This document shows, one piece after another, positions 50,211-62,000 of a stretch of DNA of 62,000 nt. The stretch covers positions 4,990,657 to 5,052,656 of the forward strand of contig NC_057759.1 in the NCBI RefSeq assembly GCF_004010195.1, read 5' to 3'. Source of the stretch: Chiloscyllium plagiosum. Lineage: Eukaryota. Numbering within the stretch: the stretch's first letter is position 1; each line of letters opens with the position of its first letter. A program made the position numbers and the translations under genes. Under the pieces are notes generated by a model. The model saw only the letters and a program-made list of their open reading frames with translations. It was not told where the DNA came from and did no database searches.

Positions 50211-51257
50211 TGGTCTTGGCTATTATGTGACTAATGGCCTGTGATGCATCACACAGTTTAGGACCTCAGCACATGCTCATAAAGCTCTGTATCTATGAGG
50301 CACCCACACTAGAAAGTGCACAGGCAGTTGGACGACCAATAGAACATATGGGCTAGGAGCCCTCGGGAGCCAGCTTCCCTCATTTTATATGGCTGTGACT
50401 GTTCTCATGCCAGCCTCAACTCCAATTTCCTGCCCCTGCTCCCTTTAACCCCTCACTGATTGAATAAATTGAAGGAAGGGATAGAGAGATTGCCAGTGTC
50501 CTGACATGCCCCCTCATACACTGGGGAATGAATTCCCAGATATTCTCACCTCCTCTGCCTTGGAGAGAAGCCATTTCTCAACATCTTTCTTTTCGATCTG
50601 CCCCACCCCCTTCTCCTGAAACAGTGGCCCTCTCGTTCTAAATTGTCACACGTGAGGAAACATTCTCTCTGTCTCCTTTGTCAATCCCACCCCGTTTACC
50701 ACCCTACATCGCTCAGTTGGAACTCCCCTTGTTCCTCTAAACTCCAGAGCATATTGGCCTTAATTGCTGAATCTCTCTTTCGAAGACAAACCCCTCATCT
50801 CTGAACATGAAATGTACAAATGGTATCTTGGATGTAAAATACACATCTCAAAGTGAGTAAGTCATAGTTTCCGAGAGGTCTGCAGCCCAGAAAAAGGCCC
50901 ATCAAGCCTGTACTGGTCAGAAACAACCACCTCATTCTCTTATCCCATTTCCCCAGTACTTGGCCCCATAGCCTTGGCGTCACGAGTGCACATTGAAATC
51001 CTCCTTCAATGTGATGACTGTTTCTGCCTCTCCCACCCTTACAGGCAGTGACTTCCAGATTCTCCACCACCCTCTAGATGAACAAGATTTTCCTCACATC
51101 CCTTGCCATTGGGGGTATTCTACAGACCACCTAATAGCCGTAGAGAGATTGAAGATCTACGAGGCGGGTAGATTCTGGAAAAATGCAAAAGTAGCAGGGT
51201 CGGTGTTATGGGTGATTTCAACTTTCCCAATATCGACTGGAACCTCCTAAGTGCAGA

Positions 51258-51697
51258 TGTGGTGAAACGGTTAAACATTATGTCCCAATACATGTGTGAA
51301 TCTAACCGGAATGGAGGTGTTGCTTAGTCCCGTGTGAATCTTCTTATCTGTATGTAACCAGAATGGAATGTGTTTTTTAGCCTTGCTCTGCTGTTCACAT
51401 GAATGTTTATATCTGGAAAAGAGTATATCAGCTGGAAAAGTCTCCAGTTCGGTGAGTCTGCTCCGGGGTTACGTTTAACCGCCGAGCGTGGGTTGTTGGC
51501 AACCGCTCTACGAGAACTGACGGCTCCCAGTTTTTGTAACATGTAGAGTGAGTATAAGCCAGACCCGTTGTTTGGACCTGGTTGTGGCGACGATGCGGGG
51601 AATAAAATGCCCATATTCTAGCAGACTCGCCTCTTGGTCGTTTGTTCTGTGTCAGACTACTCTCCTACGAACCTGACCTTGAGAATTTTTTAAAACA
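51258..51697 (+). mobile_element. Probable solo LTR inside a duplicated CR1 fragment
   Basis: TG...CA ends, TATAA at ~51554, AATAAA at 51601; no TSD seen. Confidence 0.5.
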
Positions 51698-52059
51698 TGG
51701 GAGAGCACTTTGGTGAAAGTGATCACAACTACATCATATTTAGCATAATTGAAAAGTGTGGTGCTGGAAAAGCGCAGCAGGCCAGGCAGTCTCCTGGCCA
51801 TTACCTTCAATCTATACCCCTCCCCCCACCTCCGTCAAGGGGGGAATGTTTCTTCCTGCCTCCCCTATCTTCACCCCTCATCATTTTAAACAACCCTCTC
51901 TTTTAATTCACTCTGCTGTAAGGACAATCACCCCAGTCTGTCCAACCTCTCTCAATCATTGAAACTCTCCTGCCCCCAAGGCAATATGCTGGTAAATCTC
52001 CCTGTGCATCCTCTCACAATTCATTTAGATTCCATGAGATGAGTAACAGTCAGTCAGTG

Positions 52060-55000
52060 AATGCAGCTTAACACGTGGCTGCGAGGCTGATGCAGGAGGG
52101 AGGGCTTCAGGTACCTAGACCATTGGGATACCTTCTGGGGAGAAGGTGGGACCTGTACATGAGGGACGGGTTGCATCTGAACTGGAGGGGCACTAATGTC
52201 CTGAGTGGGAAATTTGCTCATGTGATTCGGGAGGGTTTAAACTAGTTTGGCAGGGGGTGGGAATCAGAGCCACTTGTCTGAGAGAGGGTCAGTTGCAGAC
52301 GGGACAGTGACAGGATATATTGAATCTATCAGGAAGGTTTCTCATGCGATGAAACAAAGGGATCGGTTAAAGTGTGTCATTAATGCAAGGAGTATCTGAA
52401 ATAAGAGTGATGAACTTAGAGCATGGATCAGTACTTGGGGACTATGATGTTGTGGTCATAAGGGAGACATGGGTTTCACAGGGGCAGGAATGGTTGCTTG
52501 ATGTTCCAGGGCTTAGAATGTTTAAAAAGAACAAGGAGGGTAGAAAAATAGGAGGGGGTGTAGCATTGCTAATCAGAGACTGCATCACAGCTACAGAAAT
52601 GAAGGTTGTTGAGGAAAGTTTGTCTACTGAGTTAGTATGGGTGGAAGTTAGGAATAGCAAGGGAACAGCCACCGCATTGGGGGTATTCTACAGACCACCT
52701 AATAGCCGTAGAGAGATTGAAGATCTACGAGGCGGGTAGATTCTGGAAAAATGCAAAAGTAGCAGGGTCGGTGTTATGGGTGATTTCAACTTTCCCAATA
52801 TCGACTGGAACCTCCTAAGTGCAGATGGTTTGGATGGAGCCATTTTTGTCAGGTGTGTTCAGGAGGGTTTCCTTACTCGGTATGTAGACAGACTGACGAG
52901 GGGAGAGGCCATTTTGGATTTAGTGCTTAGCAATGAGCCAGTACACGTGTCAGATCTTGCGGTGGGAGAGCACTTTGGTGAAAGTGATCACAACTGCATC
53001 ACCGTGTGGGCGGCACGGTGGCACAGTGGTTAGCACTGCTGCCTCACAGCGTCAGAGACCCGGGTTCAATTCCCGCCTCAGGCGACTGACTGTGTGGAGT
53101 TTGCACGTTCTCCCCGTGTCTGCGTGGGTTTCCTCCGGGTGCTCCGGTTTCCTCCCACCATCCAAAGATGTGCAGGGTCAGGTGAATTACTAAATTGCCT
53201 GTAGTGTTAGGTAAGGGGTAAATGTAGGGGTATGGGTGGGTTTCGCTTCGGCGGGTCGGTGTGGACTTGTTGGGCTGAAGGGCCTGTTTCCACACTGTAA
53301 TCTAATCTAATCATATTTAGCATAGTTGAAAAGTGTGGTGCTGGAAAAGCGCAGCAGGCCAGGCAGCATCCTGGAGAATTGAAGTTTCGGGCATAAGCCC
53401 TTCTTCATGAAATGCCTGAAACGTCAATTCTCCTGCTCCTCGGATGCTGTCTGGCCTGCTGCGTTTTTCCAGCAACACACTTTTCAACTCTGGTCTCCAG
53501 CATCTGCAGTCCTCACTTTCTCCTAGTTGACCATATTTAGCATAGCCTTGGAAAATGAAAGGAGTAGTTACCGAGGGAAGATATTTAACTGGGGAAAGGA
53601 AATTATGGCCCTATGAGACAGGAGTTGGGAAGAACAGACTGGGAGCAATTGTTCCACAGAAAGGGCACAGCAGACATGTGGATACTATTTAAAGAGCAGT
53701 TGTTGCGAGTGATGCACAAATTTGTTCCTCTGAGACAGGTAAGAAGGGGTAAGATGAAGGAACCTTGGATGATGAGAACAGAGGAACTTCTTGTCAAAAG
53801 GACGAAGACAGCTTACGTAAGGTGGAGGAAGCAAGGATCTAGCACAGCTTTAGAGGATTACAGGCTTGCGAGAAAGGAGCTCAGAAATGGACTGAGGAGA
53901 GCCTGGAGGGGGCACGAAAAAGGCTTGGCAAGAAGGATTAGGGAAAATCTAAAGGCATTTTATTCATATGTGATGAATAAGAGAATGATTAGGGAGAAGG
54001 CAGGGCCGATCAGGGATAGCGGAGGGAACTAGTGCATGGAGTCTGAGCAGCTTGGGGAAGCCCTAAATTAGTTTTTTTGCTTCAGTTTTCATCAAGGAAA
54101 ACTTGATGAAACTTGATGTTGCAAGTGAAAACTTAAAGGAGCTGGGACACATGCTTGACCAGATCAAGATTGATGAAGTTGATATGCTACATATTTTGGA
54201 AAACATTAAGATTGATAAGTCCCCAGGGCCAGACCAATTTACCCTAGCGAGAAAGGAGGTTGCTAAGCTACTGGCGAGGATATTTGCCTCCTCAGTCTCC
54301 ATGGGAGTCGTACCGGAGGATTGGAAGGAGGCGAATGTTGTTTCTCTTTTCACTTCTGTTGTGGGCAAAATCTTAGAGAGAATTGTAAGGGATAGGATTT
54401 ATGCACATCTGGATAGGAATAATGTGATCAAGGATAGTCAGCATAGTTTTGTGAAGGGCAGGTCGTGCCTCACAAACCTTATTGAATTCTTTGAAAAGGT
54501 GACAAAGGAGGTTGATGAGGGGAAAGCGGTAGATGTGGTATATATGGATTTTAGTAAGGCGTTTGATAAGGTTCCCCATGGTAGACCACTGCAAAAAATA
54601 CGGAGGTATGGCATTGAGGGTGAGTTGGAGGTTTGGATTAGGAATTGGCGGGATGGAAGAAGACAGAGGGTAGTAGTTGATGGCAAAGTTTCTTCATGGA
54701 GTGCCGTCACTAGCGGTGTTCCGCAAGGATCTGTTTTGGGACCATTGCTGTTTGTCATTTTTATAAATGACCTGGAAGAGGAGTTAGAAGGTTGGGTGAG
54801 CAAGTTTGCGGATGACACAAAAGTCGGAGGAGTTGTTGACAGTGAGGAAGCATGTAGCAGGTTACAGCAGGATATAGAGAAGCTGCAGAGCTGGGCAGAA
54901 AGGTGGCAGATGGAATTCAATGTAGCTAAGTGCGAGGTGATTCACTTTGGGAAGAATAACAAAAAGATGGGGTACTGGGCTAATGGTCGGATACTTGGTA

Positions 55001-55410
55001 GTGTGGATGAGCAGAGGGATCTTGGTGTCCATGTACACAGATCTCTGAAAGTTGCCACCCAGGTAAATAGTGCGGTGAGAAAGGCATATGGCGTACTGGC
55101 TTTTATCGGTAGAGGAATTGAGTTCCGGAGTCCTGAGGTCATGATGCAGTTGTATAAGACTCTGGTACGACCGCATCTGGAATATTGTGTGCAGTTTTGG
55201 TCGCCATACTAGTTAGGTTCTTCACTCAGCGAGTCGTAAGTTCATGGAATGCCCTGCCAGTAGCAGTGGTGGACTCTCCCTCTTTATGGGCATTTAAGCG
55301 GGCATTGGATAGGTATATGGAGGATAGTGGGTTAGTATAGGTTAGGTGGGCTTGGATCGGCGCAACATTGAGGGCCAAAGGGCCTGTACTGCGCTGTATT
55401 CTTCTATAAG
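52060..55410 (+). mobile_element. Near-complete CR1 (ORF1 3' end, EN, RT, 3' UTR) with internal deletions and nested insertions
   Basis: ETWV, GVFYRPP and GDFNFPNIDW (EN); ORF 54103-55212 with DFSKAFDKV, GVPQGSVLGP and FADD (RT). Confidence 0.92.
53006..53311 (+). mobile_element. Full-length HE1-type V-SINE
   Basis: tRNA-like head (TGGCACAGTGG A box, GGTTCAATTCC B box), V-core, CR1-like tail and (TCTAA)n. Confidence 0.9.
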
Positions 55411-55414
55411 AAGT

Positions 55415-56770
55415 GTAATATGGAAATTCCTGGCAATAACAGACCAGTCAGTCTTGCGTCTATGGTCAGCAAAGTTTTGGAAAGAATTCTGAGGGTTTGG
55501 ATTTATGACTAGTTAACAAAGTATAGTGTGATTAAATGCAGTTAGCATGGCTTTGTGAGGGGCAAGTCATGCCTTGCAAATCTTATTGAGTTCTTTGAGG
55601 AGGTGTCAAGACAGGTCAACGACGGTCGAGGAGTGGATGTGGAGTATATGGACTTCAGCAAGGCATATGATAGGTTTCCCCATGGTAGGTTCATTCATAA
55701 AGTCAGGAAGTATGGGATACAGGGAGATTTGGCTATCTGGATTCAGAATTGGCTGGCTGACAGAAGGCAGAGAGTGGTTGTTGATGGAAAGTATTTTGCC
55801 TGGAGGTTAGTGTTAAGTGGGGTCTCGCAGGGCTCTGTTCTTGGGCCTCTGGTCTTTGTAGTTTTTATAAATGGGGAGGTTGAGGGGTGGGTTAGTAAAT
55901 TTGCAGATGACACAAAGCTTGGAGGTGTCGTCAATGGTTATAGAGGGCTACTGTAGGCTGCAGCGCGACATAGATAGGATGCAGAGCTGGGTTGAGAAAT
56001 GGCAGATGGAGTTCAATCTGGATAAATGCAAAGTGATGCATTTTGGAAGGTCGAACTCGAATGCTGAATATAGGATTAAAGACAGGATTCTTGGCAGTGT
56101 GGAGGAACAGAGGGATCTGGGTGTGCAAATGCATAGATCCCTCAAAGTTGCCACCCAAGTGGATAGGGTTATTAAGAAAGCATATGGTGTTTTGGCTTTT
56201 ATTAACAGGGGGAATCGAGTTTAAGCACTGCGAGGTTTTGCTGCAGCTCTTCAAGTCCCTGGTGAGACCACACTTGGAATATTGTGTCCACTTCTGGTTG
56301 CCTTACTATAGGAAAGATACAGAGGCTTTGGTGAGGGTGCAAAGAAGGTTCATCAGGATGCTGTTTGGACTGGAGGGCTTGCCTTATGAAGAAGGGTTGA
56401 ACTTTTCTCTCTGGAGAGAAGGAGGAAGACAGGAGAACTGATTGAGGTGCACAGAATAATGAGAGGAATAGATAGAGTCAATAGCCAGAGACTTTTCCCC
56501 AGGGCAGATTGACTGGTACGAGAAGTCATACCTTGAAGATATTAGGAGGAAGGTATAAAGGAGACATCATAGGTAGGTTCTTTATGCAGAGAGTTGTGAA
56601 TGCATGGAATGCATTGCCAGCTGTGGTGGTGGAAGCAGAGTCACTGGGGACATTTAAGCGACTGCTAGACATGCACATGGATAGCAGTGAGTTGAGGGGT
56701 GTGTAAGTTAAGTTACTATATTTTACATGGGCCAAAGGACCTGTTCTGTGCTGTACTTTTCTCTGTTCTA
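55415..56770 (+). mobile_element. CR1 RT/3' fragment
   Basis: GKSCLANLIEFFEE, GVSQGSVLGP, SKFADDTK and PHLEYCVHFW. Confidence 0.88.
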
Positions 56771-56807
56771 TACGTACTGTTGGTAAAATGTCTTCTTTCA
56801 TTTACAG

Positions 56808-56839
56808 GTCACACTCATGGTGCAGCAGAAAAGAAACAC
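56808..56839 (+). pseudogene. Cytoplasmic mini-exon 4: (G)HTHGAAEKKH
   Basis: Acceptor tcttctttcatttacAG, perfect donor GTAAGT; phase 1 to 0, in frame with exon 48808-48873. Confidence 0.6.
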
Positions 56840-57119
56840 GTAAGTTGTATTGCAGAGAAAAAGACAGCAGTTAATTTTTAATCAGCAAAGTTATGTTTTT
56901 AGCAGGCGGTTAATGTAAGTTTGCCATTGTCTCATTAGAGAGAGGGAGAGAGAGGTGTGGGGGAGAAAGAGAGAGAAAAAGCAACAACTGTTTATGGTTT
57001 AACCTGAGGGTGACCACATCTAAGGCACAGGGAATGATCATTCACAGCAATCTCAACCAGAGCAGCAATTGAATTGCATGCTGTCAGCTGACCCCTACAT
57101 GGCCAGTGGTAAAATCATT

Positions 57120-57590
57120 GGGTGGCACAGTGGCTAGCATTGCTGCCTCACAGCACCAGGACTCAGGAACACTTCCAGCCTCGGGTGACTGTCTATTGGG
57201 AGTTTGCACATTCTCCCCTTCTCTGCGAGGGTTTTCTCTGGGTGCTCCGGTTTCCTCCCACAGTCCAAAGATGTGCAGTTTAAAATGATTGGCCATGCTA
57301 CATTGCCCATAGTGTGAGTGTTATGCAGGCTAGGAGGATTAGCCATGGTAAATGCAGGGTTACAGGGATTAGAGAGGGTGGTGGATCGGAGTGGGATGTT
57401 ATTCAGAGGGTCAGTATATGAACCCGATTGGCTGAAATGCCAGCTTCCATGTTGTAGGATTCTATGATGTACAGATTAGGGGGATTGGTCATGGTTAATG
57501 TAGGGTTGGGGTCTGGGTGGGATCCTCTTCACTGGCTTGGGACAGACTGGATGGGCTGAATGCTTTCTTTGCACACTACATGGATTCTGG
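57120..57590 (+). mobile_element. Degenerate HE1-type SINE with duplicated tail
   Basis: Head gggtggcacagtggctagcattgctgcc and V-core. Confidence 0.75.
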
Positions 57591-58329
57591 GGACATCAAT
57601 ATTTAACTAAATGGTGTGGGGCAATTTATTCTGATCTCAATTTTGAAGAGATTCACTTTGAGTTACTGAAATAATGGGGAAGCAAAATCCTATATTTTTA
57701 GCTCCCCAGGGTATGCCGTGCAGATGTGAATTTGAATTTTGCTGTGGCAGGTGTTGGATTTGGAATTTGATTTTAAACAAAACAGATCTGGAGTTAAGAC
57801 TCTAATGATGACTGTTGACAGGAACAAACAACCATCTGGTTCAAAATTGAAGACTGAGGTGAGGAGGAATTTCTTCTGAGGTTGAGAGTCTTTGGGATTC
57901 CTTGCAACAGAGAGCTGTGTGTGGGGACAGCGAATAGGTTTAAGGCTGGGATAGATAGGTTCTTGATCAGTCAGGGAATTGAGAGTTACATGTTAAGTGC
58001 AGGAAGGTGAGTGTGAGGAGTCGGGCATTAGCCATGATGTGCTTGGATAGCTGAGCAGGCTTGAGGGGCCGAATGGCCTTCTCCTGTTCCTATCTGTGAT
58101 TGTCCTTAAGGGAATGAAATCTGACCTCCTTACCTGGTCTTCTCTGCATTTGACTCCTAACCCTTTGCAAACTCTTCACTGCCTCTGGCTGAGCAAGTCG
58201 ATTGGTTCAAGGACGTTTCGCAATTGCATCCACTTCCCACCTTGGCAGAGATGGCCTTGTCCTGTTCAGAGTACAGAGAAATAACATTTGTCAGGGTCAG
58301 TTTTAAGCTTGTTCCAGTCATGAGCACAA

Positions 58330-58755
58330 TCTACAGGCAGTCAATCCATGTAATATTTTATAAATTCCTACTTTGGCAATAGAACCAGTCTGACTCAAGA
58401 TTGGGATACAGACAGACTCTAACCTCACACCTTTAATACATTGTCTGAGCTGAGATGTTACCTTTTTTAAATAAAATCTGAAGTCATCTTGTGAATGTGA
58501 TTTAAAAGAAGTTCCGGGATGTATGCATTAATGAACTGAAACCTGCAACCCATTCTAAAAGATGAACCACTGAATAGCAATCGAGGTTTCTTCAAAATAT
58601 CATTTCAGTTGCATGACACTATAATCTTTTGCGGTAGACTCTGTGTCTCATGATCCTGTTTCACAGCTACCTGATGAAGGAGCAGCGCTGTGAAAAATAG
58701 TACTTCCAAATAAACCTGCTGGACTATAATCTGGTGTTGCATGATTTTTCAATTG
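58330..58755 (+). mobile_element. Penelope-like element 3' region with decayed hammerhead
   Basis: Reverse-complement match to the Penelope sequence within 27420-28410 (excluding its SINEs); ctgatgaaggagcagcgctgtgaaa at 58671. Confidence 0.75.
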
Positions 58756-58944
58756 TGGTCAGCACATTACAGGAAGGACGTGAAGGATTTAGAGAGGGTG
58801 CAGAAGAGGTTTGCCAGAATGCTGTCTAGCGGGTATGAGCTATAAACAGATGCTAGAAAAACCCAAATAGTTTTTTTCTGAGCAGCAGAGACTGAAGGCA
58901 GACTTAACAGAAGTCTGTAAAATTTTAAGAGTTGTAGCTCAGGT

Positions 58945-59465
58945 TGAGGTTCTGGATCTGGGTTTTCTCGCAAAGCTGCAAGGTTCTTTTTCAGATATCT
59001 TGCCACCATATTAGGTACCATTATCAGTGAGCCTCTGGATGAAGCACTGGTGGTATGGTCTGCTTTCTATTTATGTGTCCACTACATTGGACAAACAGGC
59101 AGAAAACAGGATACATGAACTAGCCACAAAAAGGTATGACCCACTCTCACTAGTATCCTTACATGCAGATGAGGAAGGACACCACTTCAACTGGGACAAC
59201 ACATCCATCTAGGACAAGTCGAACAGAGACAAGCATGAGAATTCCAACCGGAATTCCACGAACAAACAGATTGACTTGGAACCCATTTACTATCCCCAGA
59301 GAAAATGAACACTAAACTACAGGAAATGACGTCACCAACCCAAAGAAACTGAAACATATAAACAGAAAGTGGGCTATACCACCAGTGCTTCATCCAGAGG
59401 CTCACTGATGATGTTACCTACAAAACGTCTGAAAGCAAACCTTCCATCTCAATGAGCAAACCTAC
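58945..59465 (+). mobile_element. Poseidon-type Penelope fragment with inverted pseudo-LTRs, inserted in a CR1
   Basis: RIHELATKRYDPLSLVSLHADEEGHHFNWDNTSI (GIY-YIG region); 59023-59078 is inverted at 59352-59409. Confidence 0.75.
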
Positions 59466-61013
59466 ATACAAAACTCTATAAAATTATGACATGCATGCTT
59501 AAGGTGATGGTCAGAATCTTTTTTCCAAGAGTTGAAATGTGTAAAACTAAGGGGCATGCATACAAGGTGAGACGGGGAAAGTTCAAAGGAGACAAAAGGT
59601 GCAGTTTCTTTTAACGTCGGAATGGAACGCACTGCCAGGGGTGGTATTGGAGGCAGATACAATAAAGGTATTTAAGGGACTTTAAAATAAGCAAATTAAC
59701 ATGCAAGAAATGGGGGGATATGGACCATGGGCAGGCAGAAGGGATTAATTTCATTCAGCGTCATGTTCGGCACAACATCGTGGGCTAAAGGATCCGTTCC
59801 TGTGCTGTACCGTTCTATGTTCAGATTTAATGCAGTGTATATTTCGGATGAGGATTCATTCAAATTGATTGGAAATGTGCAGCATTCATTGAGAATATAG
59901 ATAAAAAATATGAACTTTATTTCCTTGGTGGTGTTTGACTCTTGGTTTGAACATATCTCTCTGGAAATGGAGCTCCAAGTGAGTCTGACTCAATCCACTC
60001 TGTGACTGTGGAAAGGATGTTCTTCGCTCTGATAGCGGTAACATACCTGCTGTTTGTTTGAAGCAGCTGGTCACACTTGGCTCTGTACCGTGGGAATATT
60101 ACATTGTCTTGGTCCTTTGAGTACTTGCCTGGAGGAAGACAGAAGAGATACCTCCTGTAAATCAACATCAGTTGTGATTGGCAACATCAATGTAACATTC
60201 AGTTAATGATTATTAGGATTTGTTGTGTAAAGCCGCAATTTAAACAGAACCGCAGGTCTCATTCCACTCCTGCTCGGAGCTGCTCCTCGTCCATTTTTTT
60301 CTTTAAAATTCTAACACCAGTTGAGTGAGATTCCGAAACTAAACAATACCCATACATCTCCATGAATGGGGCCGCCTGATGCTAGTGACTATGTGGATGT
60401 GTGAGTTTAGTTATTGATCTATACCTGTCAGTTCCTGCTGGATGAATGTGTGGGTGTAGTTATCAAACTGTAACTTTCGGTATATGGTAAATTTATATAC
60501 ATATCCACACAGCAGGGACTGGTCTAGTCTCATCGATAACTAGAGAATCATAAAAATAATGCAGCATCAGTGGGGCGGGGGGGGGCGGCATTCTGCCAAT
60601 CTTGTCCATGCCAATGCCAACACACCCAGGTGCCCTTTCTCATCCCACCTTCCTGCCACAGCCCGTAACCTTGCAGTTCACATCACTTCAGGTGCAGTTC
60701 CAGGGAATTTTTGTTTAAAAAAATGCAAGGATGCCTGCATCACCAAATCAGGCAGCGAATTCTAGATACCCACCACACTCTGCATTAAAAAAAAAACATT
60801 TTTCCTCATATCATCTAATCCTACAACCACTGAGCTTGAAACAGTGATCCCTGGTTTTTGACCTCTCTGTCAAAGTAAACAGGTTCCTCCTGTCTAATGT
60901 CTCCCTCTCACGAGTTAGTTAAAAATCACACAACATCAGGTTATGATTCAACAGGTTTATTTGGAAGTGCACGCTTTCGGAGTGTTGCTCCATCAGGTAG
61001 GTCACTATTTAGT

Positions 61014-61220
61014 ACTGTAGACCCCCCGTACCTGTGGGGATATGTTCCAGGACCGACAGCGGAAACGCAAAACCGCAGATAGGTGCAAAACCATTAATTT
61101 AAATGCGAAATATGCCTTCCTGGCAGCCTCCTGGTCCTTGGTTCAGGAACATTCCCTTTGATATACTCGGACCACGGTAAACTGCTATAACCGGACTCGC
61201 AAATATGGAATCACCCAGTA
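61014..61220 (+). mobile_element. Tigger/pogo-like DNA transposon end fragment
   Basis: TA followed by ctgtagaccccccgtacctgtggggatatgttccaggacc, resembling Tigger/MER44-type TIRs; partner TIR not seen. Confidence 0.5.
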
Positions 61221-61975
61221 TTCCTTAATCGTGGCACCTTTGTTCCAAGGAATACATCTCCAATCTCTCCTGATAGCTACAATTCTGGCAACATTCTAGT
61301 AAATATCCTCTGCACTCTCTCCGCAGCAATGACGTCCTTCCTGTAATGTGGTGACCCGACTGCACACAATACTCCTGTTGTAGCCACCAGTGCCTCATAC
61401 AGTTTCATTGTTGTTTCCCTATTTTTGTATTCACCCCTCTGTCAATGAGGGAGAATATTCCATGTGCCTTCTTTACAACCCCATCTATCTTTAGGGACCT
61501 GTTCATTTAGACACTAAGATCTCTCACTTCACCTGCCCCTCTCATTATATTCCCATTTATTGTCTATTCCCATTTACTGTCTGACTTCCCAAAATGCATT
61601 CCCTGACACTTATCGGAGCTGAACTCCATCTGCCACTTTCCTGCCCACTCAACCAAACCATCAACATAGTTTAGGAGCTTACAGCTATCCTCCACACTAT
61701 CCACTACAAAGCCAATTTTTGTGTCGTTTGTTAATTTTACAAATTTGCCCAACATATGCAACTCCAAATCATTAATGTATAAAATGACCAGCAGAGGTCC
61801 CAACACTGCAGAGCACGACTTGTAACAGCTTTCCATGCACAAGCACCACCATTGACCATTATCCTTTCTTTCTTGTGACTCAGCCAACTTGGGATCCAAT
61901 TCAACACATTACCCTGTATCCCATGGGCTTTTACTTCTTGGACCAGTCTGCTGTGAGGCTGCTGCTCCTTTAACA
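61220..61975 (-). mobile_element. CR1 RT fragment
   Basis: VLGPLLVILYINDL..NDTKIG..WQMEFSSDKC in ORF 61564-61899. Confidence 0.85.
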
Positions 61976-62000
61976 TGCCTGTAAAAGAGACAGGCTCTGA

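Larger units (their letters stand above)
18546..56839 (+). pseudogene. Fc-receptor-like (FCRL-type) IgSF receptor pseudogene, at least 10 exons
   Basis: Collinear same-strand exons S1, S2, three Ig-C2, TM and four cytoplasmic, mostly with canonical splice sites; several stops and frameshifts. Confidence 0.8.

Noticed and set aside
53006..53080. tRNA-like sequence with A/B boxes
   Set aside because: It is the head of an HE1 SINE, not a tRNA gene.
57600..60420. Candidate phase-0 terminal exon for the receptor tail
   Set aside because: Acceptors inspected (~57709, ~60066, ~60320) gave no convincing Tyr-motif exon.

Overview
Repeat-dense vertebrate DNA, almost certainly from a cartilaginous fish (HE1-type V-SINEs, shark-type CR1 LINEs, Penelope-like elements), with three N-gaps (9201-10026, 19639-20225, 45454-45780). 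Between the transposons is a multi-exon gene on the + strand that the ORF track misses. It is an Fc-receptor-like (FCRL-type) immunoglobulin-superfamily receptor, now apparently a pseudogene. Its parts are a split signal peptide (18546-18576, 20588-20617), three C2-type Ig exons (24312-24587, 39089-39360, 40652-40937), an uncharged TM exon (42068-42188) and four small cytoplasmic exons, two with ITIM-like tyrosine motifs (43136-56839). Its introns contain a decayed C2H2 zinc-finger array, a fish-type ERV env plus LTR, a CR1 with a twin-priming-like inversion and hammerhead-bearing Penelope derivatives. Upstream lie a Gmr1-like Gypsy remnant, a 2.2-kb ~49-bp minisatellite and possible terminal ITIM exons of another gene. 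All calls come from reading the sequence by eye; no database searches were run, and TE boundaries are approximate.
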